64,000 nt of DNA, taken from contig JBBTXZ010000005.1 of assembly GCA_038062015.1 (NCBI GenBank), positions 24,215 through 88,214 of the forward strand. Direction: 5' to 3'. Each line of letters opens with the position of its first letter. The stretch's first letter is position 1. The notes under the pieces were generated by a model that worked only from the letters and a program-made list of their open reading frames with translations, was not told where the DNA came from and did no database searches. A program made the translations under genes and the position numbers. Below, one piece after another: positions 38,620 through 48,084 of the stretch. The DNA comes from Patescibacteria group bacterium (lineage in GTDB: Bacteria > Patescibacteriota > Minisyncoccia > 2-02-FULL-40-12).

Positions 38620-39183
38620 ATGAGCAGAATCGGCAAGCAACCAATTAAGATTCCTGAAGGCGTTGAAATAAAAATCAGCGATGATTTGATTTTGGTAAAA
38701 GGGCCAAGGGGTCAGTTGTCAAAAAAGATTTATCCTTTAATATCGGTCAGCGAAAGCGGCGGGTTAATCACGGTTCAGCCGAAAAATGATACAAAAGAAG
38801 CTTTGGCTTTGTGGGGGACTTTCCGTTCTTTGATTAATAATATGGTTAAAGGCGCAAAAGAAGGTTTTGAGAAAGTTTTGCTTTACGAGGGGATTGGTTT
38901 TAAATCTGAAGTGAAACAAGATCCTTCGGTTGAATCGGAGAAAGTACTGGAATTAAACGTCGGATTTACTCATCCGGTCAGAATTACGGCTCCCAAAGGC
39001 ATTGACTTTAAAGCCGAAAAAAACCAAATTACTATTTCCGGGGCTGATAAGGAGCTGGTCGGTCAGATTGCCGCAAATGTAAGGAACGTAAGGCCGCCAG
39101 AGCCATATAAAGGCAAAGGGATAAGATATAAGGACGAGGTGATAATCAGAAAAGCAGGGAAGAAAGCGGTGGCGACGGGATAG
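38620..39183 (+). CDS. rplF: 50S ribosomal protein L6
   Basis: MSRIGKQPI, RPPEPYKGKGIRY. Confidence 0.97.
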   Translation: MSRIGKQPIKIPEGVEIKISDDLILVKGPRGQLSKKIYPLISVSESGGLITVQPKNDTKEALALWGTFRSLINNMVKGAKEGFEKVLLYEGIGFKSEVKQDPSVESEKVLELNVGFTHPVRITAPKGIDFKAEKNQITISGADKELVGQIAANVRNVRPPEPYKGKGIRYKDEVIIRKAGKKAVATG

Positions 39184-39257
39184 AGATAGAACATAGAATA
39201 TAGAATATAGAATGTAGAATACGATCCTATGTTCTATATTCTAAATTCTACATTCTA
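39184..39257. repeat. Inverted heptamer array (tatagaa)n / (ttctata)n with no gene inside
   Basis: atagaacatagaatatagaatatagaatgtagaa ... cctatgttctatattctaaattctacattcta. Confidence 0.85.
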
Positions 39258-39258
39258 A

Positions 39259-39585
39259 ATGGATTCAAAAGAAAAACGACAAAAAAGAATAAGACGGCAT
39301 AAACGGGTGAGAGCGGTTGTGAAAGGCACAAGTGAGCGGCCTCGTTTTTCTGTTTTTCGTTCAAACAAACGGATTTACGCTCAACTGATTGACGATTTCA
39401 GAGGGATGACTTTATTAAACGGGAGCAATGTTAAAACATCTGCTTTTAAGGTCGGAGAAACTTTGGCGAAAAAAGCATTAGAGAAGGGAATAAATTCAGT
39501 TGTTTTTGATAGAGGAGGATATAAATATCACGGCCAAGTTAAGGCTTTAGCCGAAGGGGCAAGAAAAGGCGGATTGAAATTTTAG
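39259..39585 (+). CDS. rplR: 50S ribosomal protein L18
   Basis: [22 protein letters not shown]. Confidence 0.97.
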   Translation: MDSKEKRQKRIRRHKRVRAVVKGTSERPRFSVFRSNKRIYAQLIDDFRGMTLLNGSNVKTSAFKVGETLAKKALEKGINSVVFDRGGYKYHGQVKALAEGARKGGLKF

Positions 39586-39593
39586 AAAATAAA

Positions 39594-40073
39594 ATGGAAG
39601 AAATAAAAAAAACAGAGAATAATTCAGGCAGAGGAATTTCTGAATACGACCAGAAAGTTTTGGATATCGCCCGGGTGACCCGGGTCACTAAGGGTGGCAA
39701 AAGATTCACTTTCAGGGCAGCTATTGTAATTGGCGATAAGCACGGGAAAGTCGGCTTCGGCCTCGGTAAGGGGCTTGATGTTGCCCGGTCGGTTGACAAA
39801 GCTTTTAAACAAGCCAAGAAGAATTTAATCAATGTTATTTTTAAAGAAGGGACGATTCCCCATCGCATTGAAGCAAAAGTTAATAGTGCGGTCGTTTTCT
39901 TAAAACCAGCTGCCAAAGGAAGCGGAGTCCGAGCCGGCGGCCCGATGCGGGTAATTGCCAAATTAGCCGGAATTGAAGATGTTTCGGGGAAAATAATCTC
40001 CAGAACTAATAATAAAATCAACATTGCCAAAGCGACGATTGAGGCGTTGAAGAAACTAAAAAGTCCAAAATAA
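39594..40073 (+). CDS. rpsE: 30S ribosomal protein S5
   Basis: RVTRVTKGGKRF, GSGVRAGG. Confidence 0.97.
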   Translation: MEEIKKTENNSGRGISEYDQKVLDIARVTRVTKGGKRFTFRAAIVIGDKHGKVGFGLGKGLDVARSVDKAFKQAKKNLINVIFKEGTIPHRIEAKVNSAVVFLKPAAKGSGVRAGGPMRVIAKLAGIEDVSGKIISRTNNKINIAKATIEALKKLKSPK

Positions 40074-40074
40074 A

Positions 40075-40521
40075 ATGCAGCTATACGAATTAAAACCATT
40101 ACAAAAAAGAAAAAATAAAAAACGGGTCGGCCGGGGAGGCAAGCGAGGCACTTATTCCGGCAAAGGGCAGAAAGGCCAAAAGTCCCGTGCCGGTGCCGGG
40201 ATAAAGCCGGGTTTTCGCGGCGGCGACACCCCGCTTTGGAAAAAATTCCATAAAGCCAGAGGCGCGACCAAAACACTGGATATAAAAAAGCGCGGTTTCC
40301 AGCTTCGCCATCCCAAGCCGGAAATTGTTAATTTAAGAGATCTGGAAAGAAATTTTTCAGAGGGCGAGATGGTTTCACCTGAAACGTTGATGGAAAAAAG
40401 GCTGGTGAAAAAAGTAAAGCATGGTGTTAAAATTTTAGGCAAAGGCGAGCTTCGCAAGAAATTGATATTCAAAGGAATAAAGATGTCAAAATCAGTGAAA
40501 GAAAGAATTGCGAGGGTATAG
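40075..40521 (+). CDS. rplO: 50S ribosomal protein L15
   Basis: KRVGRGG, GQKSRAG, VKILGKG. Confidence 0.95.
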   Translation: MQLYELKPLQKRKNKKRVGRGGKRGTYSGKGQKGQKSRAGAGIKPGFRGGDTPLWKKFHKARGATKTLDIKKRGFQLRHPKPEIVNLRDLERNFSEGEMVSPETLMEKRLVKKVKHGVKILGKGELRKKLIFKGIKMSKSVKERIARV

Positions 40522-40723
40522 CCAATTTCTTCTCTGAATTTTTTAGACAAATAATCTTTAGAGAGTACCATTCGCTCCGTTTCACTCCGTCTACACTAAA
40601 ATTTGCCGACAACTAGGGCGTGTCCACCCCTTCATCCCCTAGCTTGTTAGCGGCAAATTTTTACTCTCTTTCAGTTATTTGTTACTAAAAAACCCAAGTT
40701 CAGAAATTGGCTATATCCCTCGC
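40510..40723. repeat. About 210-bp imperfect foldback element
   Basis: Nested IRs: gcgagggtatagccaatttct / agaaattggctatatccctcgc; ttttttagacaaataa / ttatttgttactaaaaaa; aaaatttgccg / cggcaaatttt. Confidence 0.75.
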
Positions 40724-40790
40724 CAGCCAATAATCAGATTCCGCTGCTCGCCAAGCTCGCAACGGCGAAGCCCGAAATACAAGAAATGCC

Positions 40791-41213
40791 ATGGAAAATA
40801 AACTAAAAGAAACAACGAGTGCTGGTGGTATAGTGATAAATCAGAAAGGAGATATTCTGGTGGTTAGTCAACATGGTACCTCTTGGTCATTGCCCAAGGG
40901 TCATGTTGAAGAAGGAGAAAATTATTTGACTACAGCAAAGCGTGAAATATATGAAGAGTCAGGCATTAAAGACCTCAAATTTATAAAAGAACTTGGCAGT
41001 TATCAACGAAATAAGATAAGTTTAGATGGAGGAGATGATCCTTCAGAAATAAAAACGATTCATATGTTTTTGTTTAAAACAGCTGATTCTAGTTTAAAGC
41101 CTCAAGATCCTATGAACCCAGAAGCACGATGGGTTAACAAAAATGATGTGGGGAAATTGCTCACTCATACTAAAGATAGAGAATTCTTTGAAAGAGTAAA
41201 AGCGGAATTATAA
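40791..41213 (+). CDS. NUDIX hydrolase inserted between rplO and secY
   Basis: Nudix box PKGHVEEGENYLTTAKREIYEESGI. Confidence 0.92.
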   Translation: MENKLKETTSAGGIVINQKGDILVVSQHGTSWSLPKGHVEEGENYLTTAKREIYEESGIKDLKFIKELGSYQRNKISLDGGDDPSEIKTIHMFLFKTADSSLKPQDPMNPEARWVNKNDVGKLLTHTKDREFFERVKAEL

Positions 41214-41270
41214 ATGTTATATAGAATTAATAAAAAGCCACAAACTTATCCATTTAGATTTAGAAACCGG

Positions 41271-41529
41271 CTCGCGATATCAATTTCTGTATAAAAAGCG
41301 CGAGGGTGTAGTTGTTGAGGAAGTTCAGGAGGCCGAAATTGCACGGTTTGTCATAGATTTTTAGAAGAATAAAGATTTGGATTAAGCATAAGCGAAGCCA
41401 AATCTTCTTCTAAAATATCTTGACAAAATGAGGCCGTATGTACAGTGAGCGAAACCTCGCTGGGGTTTCGCGAACGGTTCCGAAACAGCTACACCCGAAG
41501 GTAGCTTTTTAAGAAATTGATATTGCGAG
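41271..41529. repeat. About 260-bp foldback element, homologous to 63884-64000
   Basis: Terminal IR ctcgcgatatcaatttct / agaaattgatattgcgag; internal gggtgtagttgtt / aacagctacaccc. Confidence 0.75.
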
Positions 41530-41565
41530 AGGTGAGTTTTTATAGTATGTTTGTGGCTGATTTAA

Positions 41566-42825
41566 ATGAATAAAATACTAAAACTTTTCAAAATTCCGGA
41601 TTTGAGAAAGAGGGTAGTTTTTATATTGGCCCTTTTGGTTATTTTTCGGATAGCGGCGGCGATTCCGGTGCCGGGAATCGATACTTCGCGTTTAGCCCAG
41701 TTTTTTTCCCAGAACCAGCTTTTTGGCTTAATCAGTTTATTCACCGGCGGCGGTTTGGAAACTTTATCAATCGTGATGCTCGGCGTCGGTCCTTATATAA
41801 CCGCTTCAATCATCATGCAGCTTTTGACTATGATTTTCCCCCAGCTTGAACAGATGTATAAGTATGAGGGCGAGGCCGGAAGGCAGAAGTTCAATCAGTA
41901 TTCGCGCCTTTTGACTGTGCCTCTGGCCCTGCTTCAGGGCTTTGGATTTTTGACCTTGCTTTCCCGGCAAGGAGTCATCGGCGCCTTATCTTTAAACCAA
42001 TGGCTTATTTCTTTGATCGTGGTTACGGCCGGAACAATATTTATAATGTGGCTCGGGGAATTGATTACAGAAAAAAATCTGGGCAACGGAATTTCGCTTT
42101 TGATTTTCGCCGGCATCGTTAGTAGTGGCCCGCAGGCGGTAAGACAGCTCTATTTCGGTTATGACCCGGGCCAGCTCTTCACTTATGTTGGTTATTTCAT
42201 TTTGGCTTTGGTGATAATCGGTGGCGTAGTCTATATTACTGAAGCCCAGAGGCAAATTCCGATAAACTACGCTAAACGCGTCCGCGGTTTTAAGATGTAT
42301 GGCGGCGTTTCAACTTACTTGCCTTTGCGGGTTAATCAGGCTGGCGTAATTCCGATAATTTTTGCCTTGTCTATTTTACTTTTTCCGGGAATGGTGGCTA
42401 ATTTTTTCGCCGGGTCAAACATTGTTTTTCTTTCCAGATTAGCCGAGGGTTTTAACAGATTTTTGAATAATCAAATGATTTATGGAAGCTTGTATTTTAT
42501 TTTGGTCGTCGCTTTTACCTATTTTTACACGGCTATCACTTTTGATCCGAAATCAATTTCGGAAAATATCCAGAAGCAAGGCGGCTATATCCCCGGCATC
42601 CGGCCCGGACCGTCAACTGCCCAGTTTTTAAGCCATCTCTTAAATCGGATTACTTTGGTCGGAGCCGTTTTTTTAGGCCTGATTGCGGTTTTACCTTCCA
42701 TTATTCAGGTTTTAACCGGGATTAGCGCTTTTACTTTGGGTGGGACCTCATTATTAATTATGGTTTCGGTGGCGTTGGAGGTGATGAAGCAGATGGAGAG
42801 CCAGCTTTCGATGTATGAATACTAA
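41566..42825 (+). CDS. secY: Preprotein translocase subunit SecY
   Basis: LGVGPYITASII, GNGISLLIFAGI, AGVIPIIFA, YIPGIRPG, GGTSLLI. Confidence 0.98.
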   Translation: MNKILKLFKIPDLRKRVVFILALLVIFRIAAAIPVPGIDTSRLAQFFSQNQLFGLISLFTGGGLETLSIVMLGVGPYITASIIMQLLTMIFPQLEQMYKYEGEAGRQKFNQYSRLLTVPLALLQGFGFLTLLSRQGVIGALSLNQWLISLIVVTAGTIFIMWLGELITEKNLGNGISLLIFAGIVSSGPQAVRQLYFGYDPGQLFTYVGYFILALVIIGGVVYITEAQRQIPINYAKRVRGFKMYGGVSTYLPLRVNQAGVIPIIFALSILLFPGMVANFFAGSNIVFLSRLAEGFNRFLNNQMIYGSLYFILVVAFTYFYTAITFDPKSISENIQKQGGYIPGIRPGPSTAQFLSHLLNRITLVGAVFLGLIAVLPSIIQVLTGISAFTLGGTSLLIMVSVALEVMKQMESQLSMYEY

Positions 42826-42835
42826 TTGCTTTGAC

Positions 42836-42879
42836 CTCTCTGAGGATTATTTGTCTAAAAAATTCAGAGAAGAAATTGG
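42836..42879 (-). repeat. 44-bp dispersed repeat (inverted relative to 40522-40565 and 63838-63881)
   Basis: ctctctgaggattatttgtctaaaaaattcagagaagaaattgg. Confidence 0.85.
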
Positions 42880-42912
42880 TCATACCCGAGCAAGTTTGCT
42901 ATCGTTAAATCA

Positions 42913-43572
42913 ATGTATAAAGTCATTTTCTTAATCGGGCCGCCGGGGTCAGGGAAAGGGACGCAAGCCGAGCTTTTAGCCAAAGAACTCGGTTTTTATC
43001 ATTTTGAAATTTCAAAAGTGATTGAGAAGAATTTTAAGGAGGCTGATTCGAGCGACAAAGAAATCAGCCACCAAAAAGAACATTGGATTGCTGGAGAACT
43101 GATTCATCCTGAACTTGTTTCAAGTTGGTTTATAGAAGAAGTTGAGTTACTTAAAGATAAAGTAAGCGGTTTTGTTTTTTCAGGCTCCGGAAGAAATTTA
43201 AAAGAAATAGAAGAGGAATTGGGTTATTTGGAAAAGATTTACGGCCAGGAGAATATTGCGGCAGTTGAAATAAAATTGAGCGAGGAAGAATCGGTAAAAA
43301 GAAACAGCCATCGCCGGATTTGTTCAAAAAATCGCCATCCGATTCCGAATTTTCCGGAATACGCCGATATAAAAGTTTGCCCCGAAGACGGTTCAGAAAT
43401 TATTACCCGACCTTTGGATAAGCCGGAAATAATAAAGGAGCGTTATAAAGTTTATCTTCAGGAGACTCAACCGGTGATTGAATATTTCAGACAGAACGGA
43501 TATAAAGTGATGGAAGTTAATGGCGAACAGCCGATTGAGAAAGTATTCCAAGACATTAAATTATCTCTTTAA
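42913..43572 (+). CDS. adk: Adenylate kinase
   Basis: GPPGSGKGTQA, lid region with Cys/His, position after secY. Confidence 0.88.
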   Translation: MYKVIFLIGPPGSGKGTQAELLAKELGFYHFEISKVIEKNFKEADSSDKEISHQKEHWIAGELIHPELVSSWFIEEVELLKDKVSGFVFSGSGRNLKEIEEELGYLEKIYGQENIAAVEIKLSEEESVKRNSHRRICSKNRHPIPNFPEYADIKVCPEDGSEIITRPLDKPEIIKERYKVYLQETQPVIEYFRQNGYKVMEVNGEQPIEKVFQDIKLSL

Positions 43573-43575
43573 TCT

Positions 43576-43615
43576 AAATTAAACTTATATTACAATTGTA
43601 ATATAAGTTTAATTT
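43576..43615. repeat. 40-bp perfect palindrome upstream of PaaX-like gene 2
   Basis: aaattaaacttatattacaa|ttgtaatataagtttaattt. Confidence 0.95.
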
Positions 43616-43634
43616 TTGATTTAATGGAATTTTA

Positions 43635-44231
43635 ATGAAACTTGGTGAATTAAGGGTCAAAAAAGAAAGCTTTACTTTAAAAGTTCTTAAAGCCGTAGCA
43701 ATTGGAGGGATGGCATTAATTGCTACTTCAAATAAACGCTTTTGGCTTGATTTTTATTTAAACTTTAATAAAGAGTTAAATAGATATAAAACACAGAAAG
43801 AAAGAAGTAAATTGTATCATGCCCTTAGATACTTAAGAGGGAGAAAATTTGTAGATGTTGCAGAAAGACCAGATGGTTTATTGGTAAAAATCAGCACTAA
43901 AGGGTATGAAGTAGTTAAATTTTTTGAATCCATTGAGAAAATGAATTTAATAAAGCCTACCAAATGGGACGGTAAATTCCGATTAGTTATTTTTGATATA
44001 CCTGCAAAAAAGCAGGGAGCGCGCATTGTTTTTATACAAAAGCTAAAAGAAATGAATTTTTATATGCTTCAAAAAAGTATTTGGGTCCATCCTTACGATT
44101 GTACTAATGAAATTGCAGTTCTTAAAAAATTATTTGAAATAGAACCTTATGTTAAAATAGTCGTTGCAGATGCAATAGAAGAACCTTATAAGATTTTAAA
44201 GAATTTTAATTTATTTAAAAGAATGTTGTAG
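43635..44231 (+). CDS. PaaX-like protein (winged-helix-like plus Cas2-like domain), copy 2
   Basis: KWDGKFRLVIFDIP...KLKEMNFYMLQKSIWVHPY. Confidence 0.8.
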   Translation: MKLGELRVKKESFTLKVLKAVAIGGMALIATSNKRFWLDFYLNFNKELNRYKTQKERSKLYHALRYLRGRKFVDVAERPDGLLVKISTKGYEVVKFFESIEKMNLIKPTKWDGKFRLVIFDIPAKKQGARIVFIQKLKEMNFYMLQKSIWVHPYDCTNEIAVLKKLFEIEPYVKIVVADAIEEPYKILKNFNLFKRML

Positions 44232-44255
44232 ATATATTACAATTGTAATATATCT
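44230..44255. repeat. 26-bp perfect palindrome overlapping the stop of PaaX-like gene 2
   Basis: agatatattacaa|ttgtaatatatct; shares core tatattacaattgtaatata with 43576-43615. Confidence 0.93.
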
Positions 44256-44262
44256 TTAATTT

Positions 44263-45039
44263 GTGGGAATTATTACTAAATCAGAAAAAGAAATAGCAAT
44301 AATGAAAGAAGGTGGAAATATTTTGGCAGAGATTCTTAAAAAACTCGCCACAGAAATAAAAATTGGAATAGCCACTATGGAATTAGAGAATCTAGCCCGC
44401 CAATTAATAGAAAAAGCCAGAGCAGAGTCGGCCTTTTTGGGATTTAAAAATTATCCAGCAGTTTTGTGTACTTCTGTTAATGAGGAAGTAGTCCATGCTA
44501 AACCTTCTTATAGAGTATTAAAGGAAGGCGATTTACTCAAAATTGATATGGGAATTCTTTATAGAGGATTTTATACTGATTCGGCGATTACTCTACTTGT
44601 AACAGATTGGGCTATTTTTAAGATAGAACAACAAGAAGAGTATTTTCAGAAAAATAAACTGATTAAAACTACAAAAGAATGTCTTGAAATCGGGATTTCT
44701 CAAGCAAAAATCGGTAATACAATCGGCGATATTTCTTTTGCTATTCAAAATCACGCCGAAAAAAATGGTTTTTCGGTGATTCAGGATTTAGTCGGCCACG
44801 GCATCGGCCGCGAACTTCACGAAGAACCCGAGGTGCCGAATTTCGGCGCTCCGGGTAAAGGTCCGAAACTAAAAGAAGGAATGGTAATTGCCATTGAGCC
44901 GATGCTCTCGGCCGGTTCTCATGAAGTTATAGAAGATAAAAAAACTTTGGCTTGGATGACAAAAGACAGTTCTTTATCGGCTCATTTCGAACATACTATA
45001 GCAATAATAAAAAGTGGTCCGTTGGTGTTAACTAAGTAG
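44263..45039 (+). CDS. map: Methionine aminopeptidase type I
   Basis: SVNEEVVH, YTDSA, GHGIGRELHEEP, AIEPM, SAHFEHT. Confidence 0.96.
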   Translation: MGIITKSEKEIAIMKEGGNILAEILKKLATEIKIGIATMELENLARQLIEKARAESAFLGFKNYPAVLCTSVNEEVVHAKPSYRVLKEGDLLKIDMGILYRGFYTDSAITLLVTDWAIFKIEQQEEYFQKNKLIKTTKECLEIGISQAKIGNTIGDISFAIQNHAEKNGFSVIQDLVGHGIGRELHEEPEVPNFGAPGKGPKLKEGMVIAIEPMLSAGSHEVIEDKKTLAWMTKDSSLSAHFEHTIAIIKSGPLVLTK

Positions 45040-45057
45040 TTTGATAAGATTTAAGAA

Positions 45058-45780
45058 ATGCATCTTTCTGTAATAATTCCTGCTTATAACGAAGCTGAAA
45101 GAATCACTGGCACTCTTTTTTCAATAAAAGATTATTTATCCCGACAACCCTATGATTGGGAAGTTTTGGTGATTTCAGACGGTTCAAAAGATAATACTGC
45201 TGAAATAGTGAATAATTTTACTAAACAAAATCCAAGTTTTAAATTAATAGATAATAAAGAGAACCACGGGAAAGGCTACGTAGTTAGACAAGGAATGCTT
45301 GAAGCAAAAGGTGAATACCGCTTATTCACCGACGCCGATAATTCAACAACTATAGACCATCTGGAAAGATTCTGGTCATACTTTAAACAAGGCCATGATG
45401 TCGTGATCGCTTCGATTGCAGCTAGAGGAGCAACTTTAGCTCATTCCGAAAAATTCTATAAACGTTGGTTCGGGAAGCTTGGTAATCTTTGGATTCAGTT
45501 GTGGCTTTTGCCTGGAATTTGGGATTCCAGAAGAGGTTTTAAGATGTTTACAAAAAAAGCGGCCGAAGATATTTTTTCAAAAGTGATAGAACCGGGCTGG
45601 ATTTTTGATGACGAAGCTTTGGCTATTGCGAGAAGACTAAGTTATAAAATAAAAGAAGTCCCTATCCATTGGGTTAATGACCCTGAGTCAAAAGTAAAGT
45701 TAAGAGATTATCCAAAATCTTTATTAGGTACTTTAAAAATAAGATCGAATTTATTAAGAGGGAAATATAGTTTAAAATAA
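45058..45780 (+). CDS. GT2 glycosyltransferase (dolichyl-phosphate glucosyltransferase-like)
   Basis: SVIIPAYNE, DGSKD, NHGKG, FTDAD. Confidence 0.9.
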   Translation: MHLSVIIPAYNEAERITGTLFSIKDYLSRQPYDWEVLVISDGSKDNTAEIVNNFTKQNPSFKLIDNKENHGKGYVVRQGMLEAKGEYRLFTDADNSTTIDHLERFWSYFKQGHDVVIASIAARGATLAHSEKFYKRWFGKLGNLWIQLWLLPGIWDSRRGFKMFTKKAAEDIFSKVIEPGWIFDDEALAIARRLSYKIKEVPIHWVNDPESKVKLRDYPKSLLGTLKIRSNLLRGKYSLK

Positions 45781-45784
45781 TTTT

Positions 45785-46777
45785 ATGGACAAATCATTAA
45801 GCGAATTCAGGCAGGATTTAGTTTCCGGGGACTGGGTTTTATTTTCGGCCGAAAGAACCCATTCCATAAGAAAATTTGAAGATTCTTTTCAACTCAAAGA
45901 GGATTGCCCTTTTGAGGATCCCCAAAAATCCGGCCAGGAAATTATCTGGGGCTGGCCGGACAAAGAGAACTGGCGGGTTATGATTATTAAAAATAAGTAT
46001 CCGGCGGTTCTATCAGGGGTTTGCACTCCGACGAGATACTTCGGGCCGTTTAATATTCATGACGGCGTAGGGGAGCACAATGTCATAGTTTTTAAAGATC
46101 ACGATACTCATTTTGCCGACTTCACGATTGACCAGGCAGTTGAGGCCATCAGAGTTTATAAAAAAAGATATCAGGAAATGACCGTGGCTTCTGAATGTGT
46201 TGAATACATAATGATTTTTCACAATTCCGGCAAAGAAGCTGGAGCCAGCATTTTTCATCCTCACTCCCAAATTATTTCTTTGCCGATTCTGCCGCCGGAT
46301 GTATCAAGAAGCATTCGCGGCTCTTATGGATATTACCAAGAACATAAAAAGAGGGTTTACGACGTTGTCGTTGAGTGGGAGTTGGAGCAGAAAAAAAGAA
46401 TTGTCTATGAAAATGATTTTTTTGTCGCTTTCTGCCCTTTTGTTTCTAAATTCCCTTATGAGGTCAGGATATTTTCCAAAGACAGCCATGCCCATTTTGA
46501 AAAGATGCCTGATGAATTTGACAAATATTTAACCGATGTCCTTTTGGCCGTTTTGAAAAAAATCAGAAAAGTCTTGAATAATCCGCCTTATAATTTTTTC
46601 ATCCACACCGCGCCGGCTAAAGAGAGTAAATTTGAGGCCAATTTCCACGAATTCTACCATTGGCATATAGAGATTCTGCCTAAACTTTCAATAGCCGCCG
46701 GTTTTGAGCTGGGAACCGGAGTGGATATAAACGTGGTTGATCCGGATGTGGCGGCCGAAGAATTGAGAAATGCTTAA
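45785..46777 (+). CDS. galT: Galactose-1-phosphate uridylyltransferase-like (GalT/HIT fold)
   Basis: CPFE, NKYP, AGASIFHPHSQ, YHWHIEILP, AGFELG. Confidence 0.85.
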   Translation: MDKSLSEFRQDLVSGDWVLFSAERTHSIRKFEDSFQLKEDCPFEDPQKSGQEIIWGWPDKENWRVMIIKNKYPAVLSGVCTPTRYFGPFNIHDGVGEHNVIVFKDHDTHFADFTIDQAVEAIRVYKKRYQEMTVASECVEYIMIFHNSGKEAGASIFHPHSQIISLPILPPDVSRSIRGSYGYYQEHKKRVYDVVVEWELEQKKRIVYENDFFVAFCPFVSKFPYEVRIFSKDSHAHFEKMPDEFDKYLTDVLLAVLKKIRKVLNNPPYNFFIHTAPAKESKFEANFHEFYHWHIEILPKLSIAAGFELGTGVDINVVDPDVAAEELRNA

Positions 46778-47396
46778 CCTGATTTCATCAGTAAGCCGAT
46801 GGTCGTTGGATGTTTTAAGCCAAGCAGGATATCTTGGCGTTTTTTTTCTCTCAATCGCCGACCGGCTGGCTTTTCAATTCATTCCCGGAGAAGTTATTTT
46901 TTCTCTACTCGGTTTTTTAGTCAGCCAAGCCAGGTTTGATTTCATTTTGGCCCTAGTTTTAACGGTCGCAGGGAATTTTATCGGCGATGTCGTTATTTAT
47001 TCTATTTCTTTGAAGGGCGGTCGTAAATTTATCGAGAAATTCGGCAAATACTTTTTGATTTCCCATTATGATTTAGAGCATACAGAAAAGATTTTTGATA
47101 AATACGGAAGTAAAATGATTTTCTGGGGAAGATTTATTCCAGTTGTAGTTACTTTCATTTCCATTCCGGCCGGTTTGGCCAAAATGAATTTCAAAAAGTT
47201 TTCTATTTTTACTTTTTTAGGCTCTTTGCCGAGAAATTTCATTTTAATCTTTCTCGGTTTTAAACTGGGCGAAAATTGGTCTTTAATCATCAGGTTTTGG
47301 GGGAAGAGCCAATCTGTTATAATTTTAGTGTTGATTGGATTGGTGGTTGGGTATATTTACCGGCATTTAAGAAAAAAACATCTTACTCATAATTAA
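46770..47396 (+). CDS. DedA family membrane protein
   Basis: IPGEV, GRFIPVV..ISIPAGLAKM. Confidence 0.88.
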   Translation: MLNLISSVSRWSLDVLSQAGYLGVFFLSIADRLAFQFIPGEVIFSLLGFLVSQARFDFILALVLTVAGNFIGDVVIYSISLKGGRKFIEKFGKYFLISHYDLEHTEKIFDKYGSKMIFWGRFIPVVVTFISIPAGLAKMNFKKFSIFTFLGSLPRNFILIFLGFKLGENWSLIIRFWGKSQSVIILVLIGLVVGYIYRHLRKKHLTHN

Positions 47397-47397
47397 T

Positions 47398-48084
47398 ATG
47401 GATAAAAAAATTATCGTAGCCAATTGGAAGATGAATCCGCAGATGCTCCCAGAAGCCGAGGATTTATTTCGGGTCAGCGGCAATGCCATCGTCTGTCCGC
47501 CGTTTGTTTATATCGAAGCTTTGTCAAAAATAGATTCAGAAGCAGTTTTAGGCGCCCAAGATTGTCATTGGGAAGATGAAGGCGCTTTTACCGGCGAAGT
47601 TTCCGCTAAGATGCTTAAAAACTTAGGGGTCAGATATGTGATTATCGGTCATTCGGAAAGAAGGTGGATTTTCGGCGAAACCGACGAGATAATAAATAAA
47701 AAATTAGAAGCGGTTTTAAGAAACGATTTGACGCCGATTTTGGCTGTCGGCGAAAGGAATAAAAGTGATAAAAGAGAAGAAATTTTAACCTCTCAATTAA
47801 AAGCCGATTTAGATGGAGTTGATTCTGCTAAAATTATTATTGCTTATGAACCGGTTTGGGCCATCGGTAGTGGCGATGCCGAAACTCCGGAACATACCAT
47901 TGAGGCGGTTAAAATTATCAAAAGCGTAGTCGGCGACGCCCCGGTTTTATACGGTGGCAGCGTTGATCCCCGGAATGTCGGAGATTTTATCTCAAAGCCG
48001 GAAATCGCCGGTGTTCTGATTGGTGGAGCAAGCGTTGATAAAGAAGAATTTAGAAAAATCATGGAGATCGTTTCAAATGTTTAA
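47398..48084 (+). CDS. tpiA: Triosephosphate isomerase
   Basis: VANWKMN, GAFTGEVS, IIGHSERR, IAYEPVWAIG, LYGGSV. Confidence 0.97.
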   Translation: MDKKIIVANWKMNPQMLPEAEDLFRVSGNAIVCPPFVYIEALSKIDSEAVLGAQDCHWEDEGAFTGEVSAKMLKNLGVRYVIIGHSERRWIFGETDEIINKKLEAVLRNDLTPILAVGERNKSDKREEILTSQLKADLDGVDSAKIIIAYEPVWAIGSGDAETPEHTIEAVKIIKSVVGDAPVLYGGSVDPRNVGDFISKPEIAGVLIGGASVDKEEFRKIMEIVSNV

